Assembly (NCBI RefSeq): GCF_041146345.1
Contig: NW_027191409.1
Location: 1,426,001 to 1,490,000, forward strand
Direction: 5' to 3'
DNA: 64,000 nt
Origin: Neodothiora populina
Taxonomy: Eukaryota
Shown: positions 53,908 through 64,000 of the stretch, piece after piece
Layout of the letters: every line of letters begins with the position of its first letter
Numbering within the stretch: the first letter of the stretch is position 1
Notes under the pieces: generated by a model
Databases searched by the model: none
The model's input: the letters and a program-made list of their open reading frames with translations, nothing else
What the model was told of the DNA's origin: nothing
Position numbers and translations under genes: made by a program

Positions 53908-55109
53908 CTATACCGAAGGACGGAAGTTAAAATCATAATTCTTCCACAACTGGTCCAGATCCTTGTCCTCGAGCATGTTCGCTCGAACCTCGACAGGCTG
54001 GCCTCCGTGGCGCATGAAGAAGTTTGCGTGCTTGTGCGGGAGATACAACTGCTGCCTCCAGTTGGGGTACCACGGAGCCTTTTAATTCACGTCAGTACAC
54101 ACAAGCTCATCCGTCCAGAGCGCATCAGAATCCAAACACATACCTGATACCCCACAGCAACCATAATCCGATCCTCATCACTCTCATTCGGCATGCCAGC
54201 GTGGAAAGTGCGCAAATCACGTATAAACATATCGCCCTTCTCCGCCACCACTTGGATCGGCGGCTGGACTTCCCGTCGGCGCTCGTACACTTCAGGCCTC
54301 ACGTTGCAGTCTGGGTCGCCGGGTCTCTGGCCGGCATTGCCCTCGACGCGAGCGGTCTGATCCGCTGACGTCGTGTGCGCGTGCGAGCCTAGCCAGAACT
54401 CGGTGCTGCCGTTTGCGGGCGAGAAGTCCGTCAAGGGCAGGTTGGCGATGAAGTAGAAGGGGCACTTTTTTTGGCGGTCAATATTGTCATCACTGGGGGA
54501 CGAATTTGATACATCAAGGAATTGGATGGACGTACCGTCGGGTGTTCGAACATGATGTCCTTGTGGACGGGCTGTCTCATGCCCTTTGTGTTAGCCAGAG
54601 CGTTATTGCCCGTCGTGAAGTTCCAGATGGGTTTCGTTCCGAGATATCTATCGTTGCCATGAGCCTCGGATTCCTGTTCCGATACACAAAGCGCAAGTAG
54701 CCCCCCCCCTCAAACCACAAAGCCAGAAAGCAAAGAAAAAAAAGAAATGAGAAACTCACGCATTAGCAATCTGAATAATATACGGATTAAAATAAACATC
54801 ATCGAAAAGACAATCCTCGCGCTCCAGCGGCATCTGCTGCAGAATATTCGACTGCACGCCCTGGTTGTAAATCCCGCCTCGCTCGTTGCTCTTCAGGATC
54901 TCCGCCGTCTCCTCGCTCATCACTTCTCGCAGGTGGTCCACGTGCGCGATGTCGACGACTTGTTTGAGCAAAAGCAGGCCGTCTTGGTGCAGGCCTTCGA
55001 GTGCCCGCTGCAGGTTCGCGTGGTTTAGTTGGCCAGCGGCGCGTTCGGAGGAGGTTAGTGTTATTGCGCGGGGCGCGTCTGCTGCTGGGGGTTCTTTCAT
55101 TGCTGGCAT
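53908..55109 (-). CDS. Fe(II)/2-oxoglutarate dioxygenase, PhyH family (KanJ-like); exons 55109-54760, 54647-54536, 54464-54144 and 54078-53908, about 317 aa
   Basis: RQPVHKD (HxD) and RDLRTFHAGMPN (distal His); NGSTEFWLGSH; Arg in DRIM. Three introns restore the frame. Confidence 0.88.
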
Positions 55110-56356
55110 TCTGGAGTCGAGGATGTTCGGATATTAGGTGGACGTGGTACGGATTCCTCTGTCGCTTGATCTAGTGTGGAAAGAGCGTCTTATACACGCT
55201 TTTCTTCGACTGGATGTGGGTATGGAGGAGAAGAGATGTATATATAAGAGAAGGCAATATGATGTTGGTATACTTGTAATTTGTACACTGTTTATACCGC
55301 TACAAAAGGATCACGTCTTACCTTTTCGTGGTAGCCCACGATAGAGGCTATCTATCAGTCACCCTACTCAGATACGTTTGACGCACGGAGATAATGCGAC
55401 CTATTATTTCACCATTTCTCCTGATACATCCTAACCATTTTTATCTCTTCACCTGATCCTTTGTTATCTGCGCTTTATCTGGGTTTCTTGTTACCTGATA
55501 TCTGTGTTCTCCTCTCCTGCACCGAAGGATCGATGCGATGGTTGTGCCTATCTTTGGTCCTTTGTTCGAATTTGGTCCGTCGTCGGCCAAGGGTTCGAAG
55601 CCTCGGCTGCGCCCCCCGCGGTCGGCAGTAGCAGTGCAAGAGACGACTGGCTCGAGACACTTGGGGCTATTTTTGGTGGGTCATGGATAAAGGTCACTGG
55701 CTACATGGGGACTTTTGCTATTCTGTGCATCTGAGCTGTCGAAGGATGAGACTGTCATAGTGTAATTGCCGATTTTACATGTGTAGTCCTTATGGGTTCG
55801 AGACCGCAGAGTCTGTCCTCAGGTAAGGTGCCGACTCAAGCAAGGCAGGCCAAGACGCCGAGCCGTGATATACTAGGACAATGTGAGGCACGCCGGCCAC
55901 GGTCTCGAAAGATATATAGATTCGAGTATTTGCGCGGTCAGAGTCTTGAGGGTGTCAATGGATGAGCATATGGTCCTCCGCCATGTAAGTCAGTCGTAGT
56001 ATCAATGTTGCTCATGCCTGTAAGAACAACCCCCGTCGGCTAGCTGTATAGCTGTGTACAGAGTGCATCATGGCGGAAAGGAACAATGCACCCTCGATTG
56101 TATGAGACTCAAACTCTACATGTGAGCTGCCATACAGTACTTTAGTATAGCCAACGGGAAGTCAGTGGAAGTACGAATCTAGCAAGACAAAGCGCATTCA
56201 TATTCTTCCACAAAGGCAGCATCTCGGTGTCTCTGTTATGTTGTGCAGAGATTGACGTCATCTTGTGACACCAGGCGGTCTTGACAGAGGGCGAGTCTTC
56301 CGGATCGACTCTACAGCTTGACAAGAACGGATTTGAGATACAAGAAAGAGACGGAC

Positions 56357-57682
56357 ATGGCCGACGAACAGAAGAAGCTCCGTGTTGGTATTGTGGGAGC
56401 GGGCGAGGTGGCTCAAGTCATCCATCTTCCAGTGTTGTCTCTGCTCGCCCATCTCTACTCTGTATCGATTATTTGCGACATTTCGAAAAAGGTTAGATTT
56501 TGACTTTCGAGATTGAATACTCTGAATCTGAAAAATGGGAGGCAGGGGAAAGAGGGGATAGACGGGAGATTGAAAGTGACGAAATTAACAAAACACACAG
56601 AATGCAGACCACTGCGCCTGGAAGTTCCACATCCCCGAATCAACCACGAACCCGATTGAAGTCATCACCAGTGCCCATGTCGACGTTGTCTTCATCTTGA
56701 CATCGGATGATTCTCATGCAGACTACACGATAGCAGCTCTCGAAGCCGGCAAAGATGTCATGATCGAGAAGCCCATAACGTTGTCCAGAGCAGCAGCCCA
56801 GAGAATCATAGATGCCGAAGCGAAGTCTGGTGGCAAGAAGGTCTTTGTGGGTTACATGAGACGATATGCGGCGTCGTTTACGAACGCATTCATGAGAGAG
56901 TTGAAGACTATCCCCAAGATCTTGTATGCGAGATCTAGAGACTTTAGCGGACGTGAGTATTTCCTTCTTTCCATAGCACATGTATGCATCATCATTACTA
57001 CCGAACAGAGACAAGAATGACTAAACACCAAAACCCCACAGCAAACGCAAGCTTCGTAGACCAATCCGGCACCTTCCAAGTTAAAAACACATCCGACATT
57101 TCGCCCGCCGCAACCAGCGAGCGCGACCAGCGACTATCTGCACTCCTGCAAGAAAACTTCGGTCCCAACCCAACCCAAGCCCAGATAGACTACTGCCGCT
57201 TCCTCGGAAGTCTAGGCTCCCACGACCTCTCACTCATGCGCGAAGCCCTGGGGTTCCCGGAATCAGTAGTCGGCGTATCCGTCAACGAGCCCTTCTACTC
57301 GGCGATCTTCAAGATGCGCAACCGCAGCGGCGCGAGCGACGACGCGTATTTCGTGACGTACGAGTCCGGCATCGACGGCGTTCCCGAGTTCGATGCGCAT
57401 CTGGCTGTGTATGGCGAAAAGAAACGGGTTTCGATCCAGTATGACTCGCCGTACGTCAAGGGGTTGCCGATCAACGTCAAGGTGTCGGAGATGAATGAGT
57501 TTGGAGAGTTTCAGACTCGCGAGATGTTGAGCTCGTACGAGGACGCTTATACGGCTGAAATGAGAGAGCTCTGGGCTTGTCTTGTGGAGGGTAAGGAGAT
57601 CAAGACGACGGCGACGGATGCGTTGAACGAGCTGAAGCTTTATGATTTGATGTATGAGAAGTACGCTGCTCAGGGTGCTTGA
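56357..57682 (+). CDS. Gfo/Idh/MocA family NAD(P)-dependent oxidoreductase; exons 56357-56491, 56601-56952 and 57042-57682, about 375 aa
   Basis: LRVGIVGAGEVA; ALEAGKDVMIEKP; VGYMRRY; SLGSHDL. Confidence 0.88.
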
Positions 57683-57858
57683 GCGATGGAGTGAGATGGG
57701 CCGAGCCAGGACATCTCGACTAGCTATGTTGCATAGTAGCAATATAGGATGAACATTGTCCGTCGAATATGTCGCTTACCGTGAGGCGATCTACCGATGG
57801 ATGCCTGAGGCGTCCACAGACTCGCCAAGCTGCATATACCTTCTGTTATCTTATCATG

Positions 57859-57878
57859 AATCAATCAATCAATCAATC
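57859..57878. repeat. Short (AATC)5 microsatellite
   Basis: aatcaatcaatcaatcaatc between the oxidoreductase and trm112. Confidence 0.7.
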
Positions 57879-58180
57879 GCTTTTCCCCACGCCCTCGCGA
57901 TTTATCCAGAGATTTCTCAAAACCTCCAATTAGCAACCCAATTGATCATTTATCGCTGTCTAATAATCTTGACCTCACACATTTGACTCACAACACACAA
58001 TAAGCACGCGACTAGGAGTACTGAAAATAGCAGATCCAAGACGACCACATAGACAGACAAACTCCAAGGCCACTTCTGCAACCCACAACCAGCCCATCAC
58101 GACCCTTCAGTCTACCCTCAATCTCCTTGCAGAAGAAAAGAAAACCACGAAGAAGAGAAAGGAAAAAGGAAGACAAAGAA

Positions 58181-58628
58181 ATGAAGCTCCTAACCCTCAA
58201 CTTCCTGACCTGCGCCCGCAAAACCTGCAAACAAACCGCGTCCGCCTTCCCTCTACACCCCAAAGACGCCGAGCTAGAGCAGATCGAACTCGAGCTGAAC
58301 CCCTTGTTCATCCGCAATGTCGTGCCGCGACTGGACTGGGACGTCATGAGGGGATTAGCAGCCGAGGTGAGTCTCGAAAAAAAGGAAACCCATAGATAGG
58401 TGCAAGAAAGACTGACAAGCAAAACAGCTCGGCCTGCCCTCTCTGCCCGAAACGCTGCCGACGCAGGAATCAATCGCCGACGACGACTCGCAGACGCTCA
58501 GGGACCTGCATACTCTGCTGATCGAGACGGGCGTGCGAGAGGGTAAGTTGGTCTGTGCTAATTGTGGGCATGAGTATGCTGTCAAGGAGGGTATTGCCAA
58601 TTTCTTATTGCCTTCGCATTTGGTTTAG
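58181..58628 (+). CDS. trm112: Methyltransferase activator subunit Trm112; exons 58181-58366 and 58428-58628, about 128 aa
   Basis: MKLLTLNFLTCARKTC...FPL; LHTLLIET; EGKLVCANCGHEYAVKEGIANFLLPSHLV. Confidence 0.95.
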
Positions 58629-59770
58629 GTGTTCTTTTCTTTTGTTTTCGTTGAGGTCTGGTCTTGGCTCTTCTGGGCTCTTCTGGGCTGGGAGATGAAT
58701 GGAGAGATGGGGAGAAGTAGAGGGCTGGATCTGGTGCATTTGCCGTCTTCGGCTTGCGCATTAGATTATACGAGTATGATGCTGCACGAGGGAAGAAAAG
58801 TGAGGCAAAAGCCAAGCATTGCCCCACGACTCAAACATCGCCATGCTTCGAAGAGGACAAAAGAAAAGCAGAGAGTTCACGACTTCTACCTCGGCGAATA
58901 CACCCACGATCTCGACTGCCCGAACTTACATCTCTGCGCCATTCTCTGCTCTCCGGAGCAAGCAAAGACGGCGCCGGGGAAGAAGAAGATGCCGTGACCA
59001 GTAGTCTATACACTGATCGACCGATCCTGCACAGTCCTAGCATATGAGGGAGAACAGGAAGTCCTCAAGTCACTGTCCAGATAGCATTGAGAGCCGAGCC
59101 AGGAAGCGATATCTACGGAAAGAGTGGACTAGGTGGACTGGCTCTTGGTCTCCCTCATTTTCCCTGTCTAGACCATTCGCAAGACTTCGCAGTAGGAAGA
59201 ACTGGCATGACTCTAACCCGCAAACGATGAGAACGCAAGCAAGAATTGCGCATGGCAGGAGAGGAAACACCAGAAATGCAAAGGAAGGGGGAAATTTTAA
59301 TGCCTCCGCTGCTCCCATAATACGCAACATGACCTTCACCTTGTCTCGTGGTGCTGCTTTGCGCAACCTCTTGTTCCTCTCATATCTCTCGTCTTTGTTC
59401 ATAGACTCCCGCCCCTCTCCGAAGGAAACGATGGAGATTGAATCAGAATCGTCATCCGCGATATTTCCAGGTCGTTTGTCGTGTCTATGTCAAATAATGT
59501 CATTTCGAGCGTATCGTAGACGTCATTGCGAAGAAAGTAATTGACTCTTTCTCTACTTTCTTCTGTTGTTTCACACTGTCCCATCTCTTTTTCTTCTCAG
59601 CTAGGCTCGTTATCGTGTCGTGTTGTGTTCTTTCTGTCCCTTTCCTTGCTGTGTGTGACGTCTCCTTCGTTCTGTAGAAAACCCAATCCCACTCATCCAA
59701 TCATGTTTTTTCGTTCCATTTCGCATATATCATAACCTAAGAAACCAAAATCAAGAACAGGAAAAACAAA

Positions 59771-62554
59771 TCATCGCCGCCTCCTAAAACTCCCGCTCTT
59801 CCTATCTTTATCATCACCCACGGTATCTCTGCCCTCGTCTTCCTCAACCACAGGAGCAGGCGTCCTAGCAGCACGACTGCTCCTGCCGTCCCTCCTGTGC
59901 TTTCGAGACCCATACCCGATTTGACTCGCCGAGTCGTCGGGAGCGAGCTCCGAGCGCCCGTCGTCGAGATACGTGCCTTCTTGGAGGTCTGGCGTCCAGG
60001 GGCCTGCGAGCCCGCTGAATCTGCCGTCGAGGCCGTTGACCGGAGACGCGAGCCTGACGCCGGGTTCGGAGGCGAGACTGCCGCGTCGGGCTTTCGCTGT
60101 CAGAGTGAGGCCTGTGGCGCGGGCGCGGAGACGTTCTCGTACCGCTTCGGCTTGGTAGTGCAGTTTTTCGAATTGGTCCTCTAGGTAGTCCATGCCGCGC
60201 AGGATGTCGCGCTCGATCTCGGCGAGCACGCTGATTTCCGTGTCTTCGTCTACTTGTACCGGTGCTGGGGCTAGAACGGCGCTTCCGAGCGGTGCTGGAG
60301 TACCATTGCGAGAGGGAAACTGCACGCCGCTCCATTCATTGCGCAGAGGTGAGAAGGGTGTCCCGCCTCGTTGAGATGGAGCACCGCCAGGAGCAAAGGG
60401 AGTAGGGCCTGGAGACAAAGGAGTGGCGGTTGGTCCACGCGAGGGACCGCGGGAGATGTTGATGCCGGAACCGTAGTAAGCGGAGGATGATGGCATCTGC
60501 GTCTCGGCACCACTGATCAAGAATCCATCGAAACGACCAGAGATCAAAATGTCCCATTCACCGTCGGTCACCGCAGCAATCGTGGCTAGCGTGTTGTGGA
60601 GGTATTGGTTGTTCAGCAAGTACAGACAGCACTCGGCCTCGCGAGGTGGACTCGACAAACGGTAGAGGCGTTGTAGCGCAAGCGAGACTTTGGTGAGAAC
60701 ATCATTCTTCGGCAAGTGGGATCGTTCTGCGCCGGCAGGCGGAAGATTTGACATGCCCTTTCTCAAAGCGATGAACAGAGGGCGGCGCTCGGGCTCGATA
60801 TGCGTAGTGATGGCAAATGTCAACGTTTCATCATCAATTTCAGCAGGGGCACTGGTCGGGTCGTCGGAAGACCTCAAGAGCCATCCTTCCACAGCACGTT
60901 TGGTCTTCGCGTTCTGCCTCAGATAATGGGTGCGCCACTCGGGAGGTACATCAGGATCGACCTCTTGCATGGGCTCAGCATTTGTGATACCAAGACCACC
61001 GCTCTCGCCGGACATGGTGAAGGGTGGCCACTGCGGAAGCTCTCTACGGCCTGCAGTGAACTCCAAGATCTCGCCCCAACTGATGCCCTTTTCTTCTTCT
61101 TCGGACACATCAGGAGAAGGCATGCTCGTGCACATGACGCAGTGACACTTCTCATTTGAGATCTCGCGAGCAAAGACGGTGGCAACGCGATCGAGCAGTC
61201 TTCTGGCGACAGAGCGATAGCCGGTAGCCACGGCAATGGAGCCGCTCTTGTCCATGACCTTCAGATAATCATCCAGGCGCGCATGGACTGGTGCGAAAAG
61301 CTGGACGAGGTCGTTCGGTGCGCTGCCCTGATTCATACGAGGAGACGCATAGACACTCCAGTTCTGAGCTCCTTGGTTGTCGACTCGAGGCAGAAAGCTT
61401 CGAGGTATAGGACGGGGGAGACCGCCGTTCTCCAACAAATAATCAACACGTGGATTGACTTCTGGCGGGATGATAGGTGGCGGCGGTGGCGGCATGGCGC
61501 TTGGAGCGGGAGGTGGGGGCATACTGCTGGGGCGGGAGGATGGGATCGGCGGAGGATGCATGCCATGGGACTGGTGTAGTGCATGGCTGGCTGTCGTAGC
61601 GTCATAATAGTCGTATGGTCCTTTGTTTTGGGACGCACTGGAGGGGTTCGCAGAATGGTGTGCTGAGTGAGGGGCCCGCGGCGACGGCTGTGGGGGCAAA
61701 GGGGGACGTTCTTCTGTCGTATCGAGTGCTGACGGATGGTGACTGGGTTTCTTTTCTGTCGCCTGTGAATCTTGAGTCTGCTGGGTAATGGTGGATGCTC
61801 GTTCCTCCGACGTCCTCTCGGTCTTGTACGTCTTTTTGCTCACCCCCGTGGAATCCGAGTACTTGGACTTGTTGGGACTTCGGTCAGAGACGTCGCTGGA
61901 GTCGGAATCGTCTGAAGAGAGCCTCTGTCGGTGCGATGACGACTTCTTCTGCGAGCTCGCGGTGCTGCTGGAAGGGCGCAGACCGTCGGACGAGCCCTTT
62001 CGAGAGGCACGCGCCTCTGCCTTGAGTTTGTCGGTTGTCCGTCTCTTGCTCCGATCCACATCCGCCCTCTTGGCCTCTTTCTCTTCTTCCGTCAGCGGTG
62101 GGCTTGGGGGAGCTCTAGAAGGCGGTGTGGATCTGGAAGGGTCAACAGCCGGTGCATCATTCTCTGACCTGGCTCCGGTGGGACGGGAGGAAGGAACGTC
62201 TTCTCGACTGCGCACTGCCTCTCTGCTGTGTTCCTTGGAGAAGGAAGGATAAGAAGATGAATGCGTGCCGATGGACGAGCGACGCTCCATCTCAGGAACG
62301 AGCATGGTCACTTTCTTTCCCGATTTCGAGCCCAGGTCGGCATGAGAGCTTCTCTCGAGTCGTGAGGTGCTGCCGACCGGACTCCCGTCTCTGCTGGTGG
62401 AGCTTCTTCGTCGATGTGGTTTCCTGGACGAGTGATGGCGGTCCCTGCTTCGTGAGGTGTGTGATGGATGTGAAGCATGGGAGATGCGCGAAGACGAGTC
62501 GCGGTCATAGTCCTTTTTGCGTCGACGAGGCTCCTCGTCGCGTATTGAAGGCAT
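59771..62554 (-). CDS. Fungal protein of unknown function, 927 aa, with a disordered Ser/Arg/Pro-rich N-terminus and a structured-looking core
   Basis: Uninterrupted 2.8-kb ORF; core segments RVDYLLENGGL, AVATGYRSVARRLLDR, CHCVMC and EWDILISGRFDGFL; probable C-terminal coiled coil. Confidence 0.85.
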   Translation of the reverse strand: MPSIRDEEPRRRKKDYDRDSSSRISHASHPSHTSRSRDRHHSSRKPHRRRSSTSRDGSPVGSTSRLERSSHADLGSKSGKKVTMLVPEMERRSSIGTHSSSYPSFSKEHSREAVRSREDVPSSRPTGARSENDAPAVDPSRSTPPSRAPPSPPLTEEEKEAKRADVDRSKRRTTDKLKAEARASRKGSSDGLRPSSSTASSQKKSSSHRQRLSSDDSDSSDVSDRSPNKSKYSDSTGVSKKTYKTERTSEERASTITQQTQDSQATEKKPSHHPSALDTTEERPPLPPQPSPRAPHSAHHSANPSSASQNKGPYDYYDATTASHALHQSHGMHPPPIPSSRPSSMPPPPAPSAMPPPPPPIIPPEVNPRVDYLLENGGLPRPIPRSFLPRVDNQGAQNWSVYASPRMNQGSAPNDLVQLFAPVHARLDDYLKVMDKSGSIAVATGYRSVARRLLDRVATVFAREISNEKCHCVMCTSMPSPDVSEEEEKGISWGEILEFTAGRRELPQWPPFTMSGESGGLGITNAEPMQEVDPDVPPEWRTHYLRQNAKTKRAVEGWLLRSSDDPTSAPAEIDDETLTFAITTHIEPERRPLFIALRKGMSNLPPAGAERSHLPKNDVLTKVSLALQRLYRLSSPPREAECCLYLLNNQYLHNTLATIAAVTDGEWDILISGRFDGFLISGAETQMPSSSAYYGSGINISRGPSRGPTATPLSPGPTPFAPGGAPSQRGGTPFSPLRNEWSGVQFPSRNGTPAPLGSAVLAPAPVQVDEDTEISVLAEIERDILRGMDYLEDQFEKLHYQAEAVRERLRARATGLTLTAKARRGSLASEPGVRLASPVNGLDGRFSGLAGPWTPDLQEGTYLDDGRSELAPDDSASQIGYGSRKHRRDGRSSRAARTPAPVVEEDEGRDTVGDDKDRKSGSFRRRR

Positions 62555-64000
62555 GATGTGGAAGTGAGGTCAGGTCTACAGTGAAGGGTCAATGTGGAGA
62601 GTTGCCGCAGGCAGGTGCAGGTGCGGAGAGGCTTGGGAAGTAATTAAGGCAAGGTCACAATGTCAGATCGAATCGCCGAGTAAGATGCAACTCAAGATGG
62701 AGGCTGTACGAATAGTGTACTCGCAGCAATAAAGGTGATGGGTGAATGCGATTGGGCGGCAACCGCCTCGACACTCCCAGCGCATAATCAAGCCGAGGAC
62801 AGCGCTTTCTTTGAACGCCCGAGGCTTGGGTGGATGGCCAGGTTACAGTGCTCAGAGATGTACGTCAAGGTGAATATAATATATGTATCTAAATCGAGGC
62901 TAAGCAGTGACTTGGGCGATGCTGAGCAGAGAGCAGGAGGGATTACACAGTTATCCTGACCGGACGACGCGCACGCGATTCCTCTTACGGATTGCTTCGC
63001 CGTGCTTTCGAAGAGATAAGCGAGTTGTACAAGTGCTTTGACATCTTGTATTGCACAGATGCTGTACAGTCCAGTGACTCGCGTTAAAAGAAGAGGACAA
63101 AGTGGAGGAGGTTGGGAGATAGTGGATCCCGCTCCCGGGACGGTGTGAATTGAAACCCTGGAACAAAAGAAAATGCCACCAGAGATTCGGAGGGACTGTA
63201 CACAGATTGCCAGACCGCAACATCAGTGACGGTGGATCCTCAGATTTATGCTTAAAGCCCTGCCATGATTTCTTCACCGCACGCCGTTTCCTGGCACCAA
63301 ACCACGGCGACGTCGTTGCCAAGACCATCGTGCACATGCATCTTAACAGCACCACGAGAAGGGAAGGCGGAAGGCCATCCGGGAGAGAGGAGAGAGGGGA
63401 GGCTGTGCCGCCTACCTATTAGACTGTACAACCTGCGCTGCACTGCGCTGCGCTCACTCCACCCTTTCCATGCCCTGATGATCCGTGATCGTACCGTATC
63501 CATCCCACCTCTGGTGCTGACCATCGATCGTGTCTTGACATTGATGTAGTCCGGGTGCGCAGGCAGGCAGCTCGTGCAGTTCGCAGCAGGCTGGCTGCAT
63601 TTGCTGCACAGCCCCCTCCCGCCGTCCTGTCGCTTGTGAGTGGGTGTGTTCGTCCATGTACAAGTACTGTATATGTGGCTCCTTGTCCACCCTTGCTACT
63701 GTGCGTCGTCGCGCGCGCGCTTTCTCTACCTCGCATCTATCTGACGAATAAATTCATATGGCACAAGTACAAGTATCATGGTAACGCGCGTGCACTCTAT
63801 GACCATAAGCCACTCATGTATCGTCGAGCGGCGTCCCAGTCGACCGAGGTTTGTGGCACACGTTTTCCCAGGTGAGGATGCGACATGTGTGATACCCCAT
63901 GCATGTCATTCGTGTCTAGACAATGTTCGCATGCAGTGCGGCCTGAAGTGCAAACGCCCGCGTTCCCTTTTGGCTCGCTTGTGTGATTGTTGGCTCGCCG

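Noticed and set aside
58629..59735. ORFs of 60-166 aa between trm112 and the 927-aa gene
   Set aside because: Overlapping on both strands, compositionally biased and lying in convergent 3' regions; not supportable as genes.
62735..64000. Short ORFs at the right end
   Set aside because: No recognisable protein features; most likely promoter or intergenic DNA.

Overview
Eukaryotic, intron-rich DNA from a filamentous ascomycete. Short GT-AG introns with CTRAC branch sites point to Pezizomycotina, and the enolase looks Dothideomycete-like (inference). About 20 spliced protein-coding genes can be reconstructed by hand: Seb1/Msn2-type C2H2 factor, stand-alone A-T-R NRPS-like reductase, spp2, a small hydrophilic protein, cellobiose dehydrogenase (CDH), Zn2Cys6 factor, secreted heme-thiolate protein, Erg26-like dehydrogenase, NAT9-like GNAT, DUF3431 protein, rpt4, enolase, PIR-repeat wall protein, an orphan with possible short and long splice forms, HAM-8-like membrane protein, PAF acetylhydrolase, a divergent PhyH/KanJ-like dioxygenase + Gfo/Idh/MocA pair, trm112 and a 927-aa unknown protein. 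Bases 1-6.2 kb hold only decayed or unassignable ORFs. I saw no rRNA, tRNA, CRISPR array or intact transposon. Best leads, all hypotheses: (1) a CDH - regulator - heme-thiolate module in which the heme protein seems to lack the usual Arg/Glu acid-base pair and the CDH has an unusual C-terminal tail; (2) the dioxygenase/oxidoreductase pair; (3) a highly structured two-donor intron in the NAT9-like gene; (4) a STRE/G-quadruplex cluster in an enolase intron. Exon boundaries were inferred by eye and no database searches were run.
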